A stretch of 53,361 bases of DNA from an uncultured Clostridia bacterium (GCA_944384515.1 CALWTU010000032.1:1-53361), one strand, 5' to 3'; counted from the stretch's first letter, positions 1-10,857 are shown. Notes: generated by a model not told the origin, from the sequence alone. Numbers and translations: made by a program.

Positions 1-11
1 AGGAGTTTAAA

Positions 12-3000
12 ATGAAGAAAAGTGCTCGCAAATATTTTCCTTTGACAGCGACTTTATTATTTTTGGCAATCATTTTCACTACCGTTATATCGGCTAACTT
101 AAAATCTTACAGAACAAGTGTCAATGTAACTGATCTATCCTCCGCGGATGAAGATTTTATAAAAGACGCAGAGCATTCCGGCGCAAGGCTGCCGGGATTT
201 GAGATGGTACCGAGAAACTGCATGCAATATACAGTAAGCAGTACCAATGACAAAAACAAGTATATCCGCCTCGCTTTTACAAAAAGCCCTGACGGAGACA
301 ACTGGACAACCGGCGAAAGCCCGACAAACCCGTATTTCGGCTTGTATGCTTTCGGTTTGCCGAGCATAAACAGCACAAACAAGATGACAAACTTCAGTTA
401 TGTCACCTTTGACGTTGATTTCATGAGTGAGAGCGGTATGTATCTTTCAAACGCAAATTTCTCGGTTATGACACGTTCTATCAATGCCGGCGGAGCCATT
501 TTTACACCTGCCACAAACTTTAACCTGAGTTTTAAAGAGGAAAGCGGCGGTTACACTCTCGGCGGTATCAATCTCAACTCTGACCCTTACGGCTGGAATC
601 ATTTGAGCTGCGTATTTAAAATTTCAAGCACGAATCTCAACGATACTACATATCAGGTCTTTGTAAACGGAACTTTGGCAAGAGAGGGATATCTCTTTAA
701 AAACCTCAGCACTGATCCCTCAGACTATTTTTACGGAGACAAAAATTTTGTTTTCTTAGATCAGCTCAGATTGAATATTCCCGTATCCGGAGCGGATTAT
801 AACAGAGATATATGCTTTGATAATCTTCAGGTTTACTCATATCCGGCAGGATATGACGGAGAGCCGGATACTATTTTTGACGAGAACTACACATTCCCGA
901 GAGGACAGAGCGTCGTGGAAGTAGACGGCGTATACTATGAGGATATGAGCGAGGCGTACCTTGCAATGCAAAGTGCAACGGAAAGTATTACTCTCTTTGA
1001 CAATCTCACCGAGACGGTGCTGATCTCCGGACCGCTGACGGTTTACACCAACGGTTATGCGTTCCCGTATGAGACGGTCGGAAACTATCACCCCCTTTAT
1101 GAGGACAGCGACACTCTGGAGTTTGTTGATTACTACATTGCAACCTGGCACCTCGGAGACGGTGTTTCTTACACGACAGAAGTAAAGCACGGCGATGTTC
1201 CCTCTTTTAACGGAGAGGTTCCCGAATTTATCTTGATTGACGGAGAAAAATACAAGACTCTTAGCGGATTTTCAAAGAGCGGATATTTCAGTGCCGGGGA
1301 AGATTTGCTCCCAATATACGAAAACACAGACTATTATATTACGGTTGACGGGTATATTTATTACTTCAGCGTAAAGCATACTGACGGAAGTGTTACATAC
1401 GCTACAAACAATAACGGATATTCAATAAGCGACGCTTTCTCAGATGCAAAGGACGGCGATATTATTACCCTTTTGTCCGACTATACAACAAACACGGGTG
1501 TATACATGAAAGAAGACACCCTCGTATATTTTGACCTCAACGGATATAAATACAGTCTCAGCGCATCCGGTACGCACAAATTCGACGGTAACGGAAATAT
1601 CGTTCAGTATGATATCGGAAAAGTACATTGCTTCTATATGACAAGCGGAAGCACTCTTAATATATTCTCCTCCGAAAAGGGCGGCATGATACTTAACAGT
1701 TTCTATAACTACGGCATAGACGCAAACACCGGAAAAGAATACGGACTGCGAGGCGGCGGAATAATAGACTGCAACGTAAACACTGTCGGCTCTGCCGTAA
1801 ACTTCGGAGACATGTATGTTGACGGAAAATTCCATGACGGTGACAATCTCACAACCTATTCTGCAGTACTTATTTATCACCTGGGCGACAACACCAACAG
1901 CGTAAATATCAATGGCGGAAGCTACTACCGTGTTATAAGCGATTTTTTGGCACACATAATTATCGGAAAAGACTGCTCCTTTGAAGCAGAGGACGCAAAA
2001 TTCATAGCCGGTGCAGGCTGTATTGTCTCATCATACAAGACGGCTCTTAAAAATCCTGACGGCACATATTCCGACTCAAAGATGAACCCCGTTTTCAAAA
2101 ACTGTATCCTTGTCTCCCCGAGCGGAGTTGCAAATGAGCTTTGGGACGGCGCTCAAATTACGCTTTATGACTGCTTTATCAAAGCAAAAGTCGGCAGCAC
2201 ATACGGCGGCGGAATAATTAAACTCGGACACGGTTGTACCGTGCTCTCGGATTACCCCATTTCGCAAGGCACAGACTTATGCGGCGGTGTGCCGGTAAAG
2301 GTTAAGAAAACTCTTTTGCTTGAGGAAATTTATGCTGAATTTGTATATGAAGGAAGCGGTGAAAACACAAAATTCGATTTGTCTTCCTTAAAGATAAACA
2401 CCGTGTCAAACCTCTACTATATCGACACGGTATACGCCTCGGCAGAATATTACGACACTGTAAACTGGTATTTTGGCGGTCAGTCTGTCAGCGAAAAATG
2501 GTATGCCGGCTCGGTACCCGAAATTCCGTTTGACATTCCGGGCGACACTGCCGAGTACCGTTTTGTATGCTCTCCGATAAAGCCTGTCAAGGGCGGTCTT
2601 ACATCAAACTACACCGTGACCCAAAGAGCAAACGTCGATATAAAAATGAATATCTCTCTTTACACCGACTTTGTATATAACATTTATATCGGAAAGGACA
2701 CTCTGCTCTTACCGGAGAGCCTCAAACTCAACGGTGGGGCTGTTGAGCCGTCCGCAACTGTTACAATAAACGGTAAGGAATACTATCAGATAAAAGTTTC
2801 GATTATCGCACGGGACGGTGCGGAGACTTTCACACTGTCGCTGAGTTTTGTCGGATATGACGGAGAGACGTATGAGGACAGATACGAGTTTTCAATTCCC
2901 ATGTACGCAGATCTTGTACTGTCGGCAGGCTACAGCGAGACGGCAAAAAATCTTATGCGCTCTACCCTTTCATATATAAAGGCGGCCTGTGAATATTTCG

Positions 3001-5360
3001 GTACCGATTCATCCTCAATAACCGGCACGACAGACGCCACAACTGCCCCTGCACTTAAGCCGACAGAACCGTCGGAAGAGATAAAATCTCTTATATCCGG
3101 AATACAGCTCTCTCTCGGCGAGACCATAAAATTCAGATTTAATATAAGAAGCGGAATCAGCGAAGGTTCGGTTAAATTCACATACCATGACAGGGGCAAA
3201 ATTGTCTCTGTGACAATGGACGAGACGCAATGGAAAACAGACTCAAACGGAGATTATCTTGAACTTGCACTCAGGGCGCAGGATCTCAGAGAGGACATCA
3301 CAATTGAAGTTTCGGGAGTGAAATATATTTACAATCTCTCACATTATAACTATTTTGTACAAAATGACCCGACACTCTCAAAGGACGAAAAGCTGAATGC
3401 TCTGCTCAACAACCTTTGGGCATACTCCGAAAGCTGCTACAGTTATGTAACGGAGATCCCCAAAAACGAGATATTTGTCTCGGATACTCCCATTACCGAA
3501 ATGAATATCGTAGCTCAGACGGAAAAAGAAATCAAGGCTGCTAATATCCTTGCGGACTATATTGAGTTAAAGTTGAACATCCGCCCGCAAATTGTGGATT
3601 ACAGCACACAAAAGTCTGTTATCATTTCCATTGACAAGACTTTTCAGTCGACTGATTTTCTGGCGTATGTAAGCGGCGGAAACCTTTATCTCAACTGCTC
3701 GTACGAGTCATTTATTGAAGATGCAGTCATAAAATTTGCGGAAAAATATATTAAAAACGCCACCGAAAAAGCGGTATTTGACGGCGATTTCTCCGTTTCA
3801 TACAAAGCGGAATACATCACATACTATGATTTCGGCGCCGTAGGTGACGGTGTCACTGATGATTTTGACGCAATTGTGATGACACACGATACCGCAAACA
3901 AGTACGGATACTCCGTAAAGTCGGGAGAGGGATTTTTCAATGTCGGTGCGCACACAGAGTCGATTATAATCAAAACCGACTGTGATTTTTCCGGTGCGAC
4001 ATTTATTATTGACGACAGGTTTATCGCACCCGAAAACAAGGCGAGAAGCACACCCGTTTTCCTCATTTCCTCAGACTACTCCTCAAAATATTATTCATCC
4101 TCCTCTTCCCTCGTGCAAAGCATAAACAAAAACGGCGGTTTAAATGAGGATACTCAAAATATTGGCTATGCGCCGGGATACGAGGCGATGTATATCCCCG
4201 CAAACGACAATCATTATGTTTACATAAGATACGGTTCAAATGCCAACAGCGGAAGCAAACAAAAAGAACTCATTGTGGTTGACGAATACGGCAATATTGA
4301 TCCGACAACAAAAATTATCGTGGATTTTGAGATGCTGACAAGTCTCACTGAATACCGCATTGACGACAAGCCCATAACAATAAGCGGCGGCACATTCATA
4401 ACAAAAGCAAATGCCGCACCGAGAAAATACACATCCTACTCCCGCGGTTTCAGTATCAAGCGCTCAAACGTAACGATATCCGGTATTGAACACATCATCA
4501 CCGATGAAGGCAGCACCGGTGCTCCGTACGGAGGATTTATAAGTCCGTCTTACTGCAGTGATCTTCTTGTTGAAAACTCGGTTCTCCAAGCTCACAAGAC
4601 ATACACAGACTATCAGACGGGCGTGTCAATGGGTACATACGATATCGGCGGCTCGTTTGCCAACAATATTTACTTCAAAAACTGCACCCAGTCCAATTTC
4701 TACAAAGCAGACGGCGTAACGCCGCAACCAAGCTCTGTATATTGGGGTATTATGGGTACAAACTACTGCAAGAACATCACATATGATGCATGCACTCTTT
4801 CAAGACTTGACGCACACTCCGGAGTTTACAACGCAACTATCAAAAACGGCTCCCGTGTAACATACGTCAGTCTTATCGGCGGCGGTCTTGCGCTTATCGA
4901 AGACAGCACGATATACAACAACACTCTCTGCTCTCTGCGCTCCGACTACGGCAGTACATGGAAAGGAGATCTCGTTGTGCGAAACGTACATCTTGTCAAC
5001 ACATCAAACACAGTTTACGTTGTCGGTGCAGTGTGGAACTATCACCACTTCGGTTACACAACATACCTGCCGCAGAATATCACAATTGATAATCTGACAC
5101 TTGAGAGAGGTGCAAATGTATTTGTTTTATCCGATGTGACAGGCACAACATATACCGATGCAAACTATCAGAACAAGGTAAGTATCGGAGATGTAGACTT
5201 TACATCCGAATATGTAATGCTCGGAGGCTCTGATATGAAAAACCTTAACCCGCAGGTTCTGACAAAATCAATTGTTGTTAAAAACAATCTTGCGAACCTG
5301 AACTTTATTGCTTCGCCGGATTCATGGATTAATGGAAAGCTCTCCATAATCTACGCATAA
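12..5360 (+). CDS. Large secreted multidomain protein with C-terminal pectin-lyase-like beta-helix domain
   Basis: 1782 aa; RBS AGGAG at 1-5; signal-peptide-like N-terminus; 'YYDFGAVGDGVTDDFDAI' cap motif (~aa 1271) followed by beta-helix-like repeats; LamG-like segment near the N-terminus (WNHLSCVF..YQVFVNG). Confidence 0.75.
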   Translation: MKKSARKYFPLTATLLFLAIIFTTVISANLKSYRTSVNVTDLSSADEDFIKDAEHSGARLPGFEMVPRNCMQYTVSSTNDKNKYIRLAFTKSPDGDNWTTGESPTNPYFGLYAFGLPSINSTNKMTNFSYVTFDVDFMSESGMYLSNANFSVMTRSINAGGAIFTPATNFNLSFKEESGGYTLGGINLNSDPYGWNHLSCVFKISSTNLNDTTYQVFVNGTLAREGYLFKNLSTDPSDYFYGDKNFVFLDQLRLNIPVSGADYNRDICFDNLQVYSYPAGYDGEPDTIFDENYTFPRGQSVVEVDGVYYEDMSEAYLAMQSATESITLFDNLTETVLISGPLTVYTNGYAFPYETVGNYHPLYEDSDTLEFVDYYIATWHLGDGVSYTTEVKHGDVPSFNGEVPEFILIDGEKYKTLSGFSKSGYFSAGEDLLPIYENTDYYITVDGYIYYFSVKHTDGSVTYATNNNGYSISDAFSDAKDGDIITLLSDYTTNTGVYMKEDTLVYFDLNGYKYSLSASGTHKFDGNGNIVQYDIGKVHCFYMTSGSTLNIFSSEKGGMILNSFYNYGIDANTGKEYGLRGGGIIDCNVNTVGSAVNFGDMYVDGKFHDGDNLTTYSAVLIYHLGDNTNSVNINGGSYYRVISDFLAHIIIGKDCSFEAEDAKFIAGAGCIVSSYKTALKNPDGTYSDSKMNPVFKNCILVSPSGVANELWDGAQITLYDCFIKAKVGSTYGGGIIKLGHGCTVLSDYPISQGTDLCGGVPVKVKKTLLLEEIYAEFVYEGSGENTKFDLSSLKINTVSNLYYIDTVYASAEYYDTVNWYFGGQSVSEKWYAGSVPEIPFDIPGDTAEYRFVCSPIKPVKGGLTSNYTVTQRANVDIKMNISLYTDFVYNIYIGKDTLLLPESLKLNGGAVEPSATVTINGKEYYQIKVSIIARDGAETFTLSLSFVGYDGETYEDRYEFSIPMYADLVLSAGYSETAKNLMRSTLSYIKAACEYFGTDSSSITGTTDATTAPALKPTEPSEEIKSLISGIQLSLGETIKFRFNIRSGISEGSVKFTYHDRGKIVSVTMDETQWKTDSNGDYLELALRAQDLREDITIEVSGVKYIYNLSHYNYFVQNDPTLSKDEKLNALLNNLWAYSESCYSYVTEIPKNEIFVSDTPITEMNIVAQTEKEIKAANILADYIELKLNIRPQIVDYSTQKSVIISIDKTFQSTDFLAYVSGGNLYLNCSYESFIEDAVIKFAEKYIKNATEKAVFDGDFSVSYKAEYITYYDFGAVGDGVTDDFDAIVMTHDTANKYGYSVKSGEGFFNVGAHTESIIIKTDCDFSGATFIIDDRFIAPENKARSTPVFLISSDYSSKYYSSSSSLVQSINKNGGLNEDTQNIGYAPGYEAMYIPANDNHYVYIRYGSNANSGSKQKELIVVDEYGNIDPTTKIIVDFEMLTSLTEYRIDDKPITISGGTFITKANAAPRKYTSYSRGFSIKRSNVTISGIEHIITDEGSTGAPYGGFISPSYCSDLLVENSVLQAHKTYTDYQTGVSMGTYDIGGSFANNIYFKNCTQSNFYKADGVTPQPSSVYWGIMGTNYCKNITYDACTLSRLDAHSGVYNATIKNGSRVTYVSLIGGGLALIEDSTIYNNTLCSLRSDYGSTWKGDLVVRNVHLVNTSNTVYVVGAVWNYHHFGYTTYLPQNITIDNLTLERGANVFVLSDVTGTTYTDANYQNKVSIGDVDFTSEYVMLGGSDMKNLNPQVLTKSIVVKNNLANLNFIASPDSWINGKLSIIYA

Positions 5361-5437
5361 CAAATATCAAAAAACAGTATCTGCGGATTTTTCGGTTTAC
5401 CAAAACTTAAAAAGCAAAGATAAATCTATTTTTATCT

Positions 5438-5467
5438 ACGGAGGAGCAGTTTTGTTCCTCCGTTTTT
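5438..5467 (+). terminator. Intrinsic terminator after the 1782-aa gene
   Basis: ACGGAGGAGCA-gttt-TGTTCCTCCGT stem-loop followed by a T-run. Confidence 0.7.
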
Positions 5468-5471
5468 AATT

Positions 5472-5895
5472 TTGTGTTCTCTGCCGAAGGTCATTATCAA
5501 CACTCCGTCAAAAAACTCCTACACTACAAGACAGCTCTTTGACTCCCCCGAGCTGATGCTGAAAAACGCCCTTGACAATATACAGTCGCATATTGACATA
5601 GGGGATGACTACATACCAGAGTTGCGTGTGGAGTTCGGCACAGGTCAGGTCGCAAATGCATACGGATGCGGTCTCTATTTTCCCGAGCGCTCCCCGATTT
5701 GCGCACACGGGAATGTGCTCAAGAGCGCTGAGGATGTGCTCAAACTCGAAGAGCCTGAGCTCGATGCGGGTTTGTTTAAGAAATATACCTCAAAAAAGAA
5801 ATATAATTTTAACCGTCGGAGCAAAAAGTGTCGAGGAAGGAAAAGAACTCTATAAAAAATTAAAAGAGAGCTTAGACGGGTACTATCTCGGCTGA
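5472..5895 (+). pseudogene. Remnant of a uroporphyrinogen decarboxylase (URO-D)-like / corrinoid methyltransferase-like gene
   Basis: No good start or RBS; 'DDYIPELRVEFGTGQVANAYGC' resembles the N-terminal part of this family; C-terminal-like 'IILTVGAKSVEEGKELYKKL' lies in another frame after ~5790; far too short for a full TIM barrel. Confidence 0.5.
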
Positions 5896-5962
5896 AGGCG
5901 CCTTTAGTAAAATACGCAAAATTTTTCTGATTCAAAAAATGTGCCGCATGCGGCACCAAATT

Positions 5963-6010
5963 AAAAGAAGCGACAGTTTTACCGTAAGGTATTAAACCGC
6001 CGCTTCTTTT
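5963..6010. terminator. Hairpin / probable bidirectional terminator carrying core TTTACCGTAAGGTATT (copy 1)
   Basis: AAAAGAAGCG (5963-5972) pairs with CGCTTCTTTT (6001-6010); inner TACC-GTAA-GGTA; between convergent ORFs. Confidence 0.7.
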
Positions 6011-6189
6011 GTTATAAAACTAAAAGATTTTAGTATTTTACTGACTTATAAATCAATAGTTTTTATCTTTTCGCTTAACAATTTTTTAATGCTGTACTTT
6101 GTACAAAAAGCGAATGTTTTCCGCTTGCACGCTCACCGTTTTTGCGTCAAACTCCGAAAAATACTGTCTTTAAAATTCAGTTTTTTGGA

Positions 6190-7020
6190 TTATTCTGTTT
6201 TTCCGCTCTCACCGCGAGAGGATACTATATCAAGATTTCTGCGCAGTATTCCCTCACCTCTCCACGAAAACGCCCGCTTTTTAAATTCCTCTTTTGTCAT
6301 ACTGTCTAATACGCCGTGAGTCAGATTTGTAATTGTGTTTTCATGAAAGAAATCTATCGGTGTGATTTGAGGATCTCTGTTATGCGGACAGTGTCTCTGG
6401 CATTCGTCACATCCCCAAACGGTATTGTATTTTACCATGAGCGCTTTCTGTGCGTCGCTCAGCTCACCTTTTGTCTGGGTGATGGCAGACAGACACTCAC
6501 ATCCCTCTCCGGAGAGAATTTTTGTAGGGCAGCTGCGCTTACATATTCCGCAATGCTCGCAAAAATCTATCTCCTGAGGCTCCGCCGCACCGAGCTTTTC
6601 CGGCGGAATATCCGTTACCACATCTCCGATAAATATATATGAGCCGTATTTTTCATTGATAAGCAACCCGTTGTCCCCAAGTATCCCAAGCCCCGCAATC
6701 AGTGCGGCATGCCTCTCATCTATCGGCGAGTGATCGCCGTAGCTGTGATATGAGTTGTGCGCAAAATGACCTTTTAAAAAGTCAATAAGTCTCTCCCCTA
6801 TTCCCCGTATAAAGAGGTGATAATCATATGAGGCGGCATACCTTGATATATTGACCGTCTCTGTGCCGTAATACGGCACGACATATATAATGACACTCTT
6901 CGGGACAAAGCTCTCCCTTGCCATTATATTTGGGTTAGTCTCTCTTACATCTTTGTAAGCGAGTATATTAAAGTATTCGATTTTTTCCCGCTTAAAGAAT
7001 TCTTTGATTTCATTTTTCAT
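6190..7020 (-). CDS. queG: Epoxyqueuosine reductase QueG-like 4Fe-4S protein
   Basis: ISRYA..YDYH, DHSPIDER, GLG.LG.NGLL, CxxCxxCxxxCP and WGCDECQxxCP motifs. Confidence 0.8.
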   Translation of the reverse strand: MKNEIKEFFKREKIEYFNILAYKDVRETNPNIMARESFVPKSVIIYVVPYYGTETVNISRYAASYDYHLFIRGIGERLIDFLKGHFAHNSYHSYGDHSPIDERHAALIAGLGILGDNGLLINEKYGSYIFIGDVVTDIPPEKLGAAEPQEIDFCEHCGICKRSCPTKILSGEGCECLSAITQTKGELSDAQKALMVKYNTVWGCDECQRHCPHNRDPQITPIDFFHENTITNLTHGVLDSMTKEEFKKRAFSWRGEGILRRNLDIVSSRGESGKTE

Positions 7021-7084
7021 ACCACACCGCCAAGCAGTAATATATATATTCTATCACAGTATTTTTATCTTTGCAATATATTTA

Positions 7085-7113
7085 TTGACTTTATGAGATT
7101 TTTATTGTATAAT
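7085..7113 (+). promoter_or_regulatory. sigmaA-type promoter for the plsY operon
   Basis: TTGACT-17 bp-TATAAT. Confidence 0.65.
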
Positions 7114-7158
7114 AGCTTGCGGTTAAAGTTAAAAAAAATAAGAAAGTGACGGTATATT

Positions 7159-7905
7159 ATGTTCTCTTTAAATAAAGGTTTACTCATGCATTTATTTGAA
7201 AATACAGATAAATACACAGCATATTATATCACTTACGTGTCTTTTATCGTAATTGTAATTGTATCTTCATACCTTCTCGGCAGTATCAACCCTGCCATAA
7301 TGACATCCAAAATTCTCTATCACGACGATATCAGAAATCACGGCAGCGGAAATGCAGGTCTTACAAACATGCTGCGTACTTTCGGTAAGAAGGCGGCTCT
7401 GTTTACTCTTATCGGCGATATGCTCAAAACAGCTTTGGCAATTTTTATTGCAGGTTTTCTCTTCGGTTTTAACTACATCGGCTTTATCAGCGACCACGAC
7501 GGATACTGCTATATTGCAGGTCTGTTTGTAGTGCTCGGACACATATTCCCCGTTTACTACAAATTTAAGGGCGGAAAAGGTGTTCTTGCCGCCGCTACTA
7601 TGGCTCTTATACTCTCACCCATACCGTTCCTCATTTTGCTGATTATATTTGTAGGCATTGTAGCCTTGACAAAATATGTCTCTCTCGGCTCGGTTTGTGC
7701 GGTAATAATGTACCCCGTTGTCATAAACGGTTACTTTAACCTTGTGCTTAAAGCACAGATACACGGTTTTATTTCCGCTACAACAATCATTCTTGCGATA
7801 CTCATTGTATGGTGCCACAGAGGAAATTTGCAGAGAATATCCAATCGCACGGAGCGCAAGCTGTCCATCGGTTCAAGAGGAAAGAAAGACAGTGATGAAA
7901 AATGA
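7159..7905 (+). CDS. plsY: Glycerol-3-phosphate 1-O-acyltransferase PlsY
   Basis: YLLGSI, DIRNHGSGNAGLTN.LR, GHIFPVYYKFKGGKGV, H..N..RI motifs; multiple TM helices. Confidence 0.93.
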   Translation: MFSLNKGLLMHLFENTDKYTAYYITYVSFIVIVIVSSYLLGSINPAIMTSKILYHDDIRNHGSGNAGLTNMLRTFGKKAALFTLIGDMLKTALAIFIAGFLFGFNYIGFISDHDGYCYIAGLFVVLGHIFPVYYKFKGGKGVLAAATMALILSPIPFLILLIIFVGIVALTKYVSLGSVCAVIMYPVVINGYFNLVLKAQIHGFISATTIILAILIVWCHRGNLQRISNRTERKLSIGSRGKKDSDEK

Positions 7906-9077
7906 TTTTTTAAATCTCATCCTCTTATGCTTTCGCAAGGAAGTAATAAAAAAACTCGTTTTATCAAGACCTGTCGAGGGTGATGTATCAAAGATTTCCG
8001 CACGGCTTGTTTCGCACCGCAATAACAAGTTTCTCTCTTTTGAATACTCGCTGCCCGGGAACACCGTGTCACAAAAAAATGTCACCGAAAACGACCTTTT
8101 TGAGTTTTTAAGCGTTCTGTACGACAGATACAAGCAGATAAATCTAATAACAACGCTCGGTGACGCAGAACGAAAAATATCAAAAAGCGGAAAAGAAGTT
8201 TTGCTCGGGGCGGACGCTTTGCAAAGAAAACTTCAGGGCTCTGTTACCCCGTTTCATGTGGCGGTAGAGTCACTTGACACTGAGAAAAATTATATACTCA
8301 CGGGAAAAGAAGATTTTCTTATTACGCTTGGAGTTTCGGACAAAAACGGCCGTGTGCATGACAAAAAACAGGGCAAATTCAGGCAGATTAACAGATTTCT
8401 TGAGTATATCGGAGATATATACGATAAACTCCCCCAAAGCGGAGATATTGTAATATATGACCTGTGTTCCGGCAAGAGTTATCTCAGTTTTGCCGTCTAC
8501 TACTATCTCACCGAGAAAAAAATCAAGAAAAGTCAGTATGACATGTATTGACTTAAAACGGGATGTAATAGATTTTTGCGAAAAAATCAGGACAGAGCTT
8601 GGCTACGGTGGCATGAAATTTATCACGGCGAATATAAAGGACACACCTAAAAACTCGCACCCCGACATGGTAATTTCTCTGCACGCCTGCGACATAGCCA
8701 CAGACATTGTTATAAATACGGCTGTACTTATGGGTGCAAAAATCATACTCTCTACCCCGTGCTGTCACAACTATTTAAACAAGAGAATAGACAATAAAGA
8801 GCTGGGTTTTGTGACAAGATTTCCGAAACTCAGGGACAAGCTGTGCGAGGCTATAACCGACGCCCTGCGTCTCAAAAGGCTTGAGAGCTTCGGCTACAGT
8901 GTTACGGCGCTGGAGTTAACCTCGCCTGATAACACTCCGAAAAACACGCTCTTGCGTGCAATAAAAGATGAAAACATGAGCGAGAGCAAAAAGCAAAGTG
9001 CGAAATCCGAGTATGAAGACGCGCTGAAATTTATACTCTCCGACAAGTGGGAAGATTATCTTAAAGAAATTGATTAA
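7895..9077 (+). pseudogene. SAM-dependent methyltransferase split by a +1 frameshift in an A7 run (8516-8522)
   Basis: ORF 7895-8551 (KFRQINRF, DLCSGKSYLSF) continues in the ORF ending at 9077 (IDLK, SLHACDIATD, TPCCH, TPKN); removing one A gives a single 393-aa ORF. May be a sequencing error. Confidence 0.8.
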
Positions 9078-9088
9078 AGGTTCTTAAT

Positions 9089-9529
9089 ATGATTTTTACT
9101 TCAAACAGTCCGACTGAAACGGAACAAACAGGCTATCAATTTGCCGAAAAACTTTACACGGGTGGCATCCGAAAGGCTTTTATCGCCATGAAGGGCGAGA
9201 TGGGAGTCGGCAAGACCGCATTTACCCGCGGATTTGCCTCTTACTTCGGCATAAAAAGTGTCAAAAGCCCGACATACACAATAGTTAACGAGTACGGCTC
9301 AGACAAGGTTAAAATATACCACTTCGACATGTACAGAATTGAGAGCGAGGACGACCTTTATTCAATAGGTTTTTACGACTATATTGATACTGACAGTTAC
9401 TGTATTGCGGAGTGGAGCGAAAACATACTGGAGTTTTGCCCTGACCTCGAATATTTTACCGTCAGCATAAGATGTGTGCCTGATGACGAAGAGAAGCGGA
9501 TAATCGAAATTTCTTATCCTCAGGACTGA
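9089..9529 (+). CDS. tsaE: tRNA threonylcarbamoyladenosine biosynthesis ATPase TsaE
   Basis: GEMGVGKT Walker A, VKSPTYTIVNEY, YHFDMYRI, EW. Confidence 0.93.
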   Translation: MIFTSNSPTETEQTGYQFAEKLYTGGIRKAFIAMKGEMGVGKTAFTRGFASYFGIKSVKSPTYTIVNEYGSDKVKIYHFDMYRIESEDDLYSIGFYDYIDTDSYCIAEWSENILEFCPDLEYFTVSIRCVPDDEEKRIIEISYPQD

Positions 9530-9560
9530 TATTGAAAAATATTATTAAAGCAGGTTTAAA

Positions 9561-10283
9561 ATGTATATTTTAGCTTTTGAAAGCACGGCAAAGGCTGCAT
9601 CGGTTGCCGTTTGCAAAGACGAAAGATGCCTTGGAGTTTATACGGTAGACAACGGTTTGACGCAGAGCGAACTTTTACTGCCTATGGCTCAGGATATGCT
9701 AAAGTCACTAAAGCTCAGCTTCTCCGATATTGACCTTCTCTCTTGCACGGTGGGACCCGGCTCTTTCACCGGAGTCAGGATCGGGGTAAGTTTAGTCAAG
9801 GGTATTGCTTTCATGCACGGTATTCCTACCGTCGGCGTCAGCACTCTTGACTCCCTCGCCGAAAATCTCAGCGGTACAAGAGGAATTATTGTGTCCGCAA
9901 TGGATGCAAGACGCAACCAGCTTTATGCCGCAATATACAGGTGTGACGGGGAGAGGACTGAAAAACTGACAAGCGACCTTGCTGTCAGCGCAGCAGAACT
10001 CGCCTTGATGATGAAAGAATATGACGGGGAGAGGATATATATTGTCGGCGACGGCGCAAAAATCGCCGAAAAACATCTTTTTAAAGACGGAATAAAGACG
10101 GAAAAAGTCCCGCCGCTTATTCAAAATCAAAACGCATATTCCTGCGCCGTGATTGCTCTGAAAAAATACAGAAGCGGAGATTTTTGCCCCGACATATCAC
10201 TTGAGCCGTTGTATCTGCGCATGCCGCAGGCAGAGCGGGAGAGGCTTGAGAGAACGGAAAAAGGCATTTCCGAAAGTAAATGA
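9561..10283 (+). CDS. tsaB: tRNA threonylcarbamoyladenosine biosynthesis protein TsaB
   Basis: GPGSFTGVRIG, DARR, PLYLR motifs; follows tsaE. Confidence 0.93.
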   Translation: MYILAFESTAKAASVAVCKDERCLGVYTVDNGLTQSELLLPMAQDMLKSLKLSFSDIDLLSCTVGPGSFTGVRIGVSLVKGIAFMHGIPTVGVSTLDSLAENLSGTRGIIVSAMDARRNQLYAAIYRCDGERTEKLTSDLAVSAAELALMMKEYDGERIYIVGDGAKIAEKHLFKDGIKTEKVPPLIQNQNAYSCAVIALKKYRSGDFCPDISLEPLYLRMPQAERERLERTEKGISESK

Positions 10284-10340
10284 CACGGAAAATGCAGATT
10301 GCGTAAGCAAACAATTTATTTTACATAGAGGAACACAAAA

Positions 10341-10796
10341 ATGCAGAAAAGAAAAATTTACATCGGTGCGGACAGCGCCGGCCTCCCTCTCAAAGAGGAA
10401 ATAAAAAAGCACCTTGAGGCGAATGGATACGATGTTACCGACTGCGGCACAAATTCTACCGAGTCATGCCACTACCCTGTATTCGCATCCGCCGTTTGCG
10501 AAAATGTACTGAAGAATTTATCAGACAGCTTCGGAATTCTGGTTTGCGGAACCGGTATCGGAATGTCGATGTGCGCAAACAAATATAACGGAATCCGCGC
10601 GGCTCTTTGCTCCGACACGTATTCCGCAAAAATGACAAGACAGCACAACGACGCAAATGTGCTCTGCCTCGGCGGAAGAGTTATCGGTCCCTGCCTCGCT
10701 CTTGATATTGTTGACAGCTTCCTTCAGAATGAGTTTGAAGGCGGCAGACACAAGACAAGAGTTGATATGATGACGGAAATAGAAAACAAAAATTAA
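10341..10796 (+). CDS. rpiB: Ribose-5-phosphate isomerase B
   Basis: CGTGIGMSMCANK, HNDANVLCLGGR, FEGGRH. Confidence 0.92.
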   Translation: MQKRKIYIGADSAGLPLKEEIKKHLEANGYDVTDCGTNSTESCHYPVFASAVCENVLKNLSDSFGILVCGTGIGMSMCANKYNGIRAALCSDTYSAKMTRQHNDANVLCLGGRVIGPCLALDIVDSFLQNEFEGGRHKTRVDMMTEIENKN

Positions 10797-10857
10797 ATCA
10801 CTTTAAAACGAAGAGAACAGGCTTTGGAATAAAAACCGTCTCTTGATACACTTTTTA

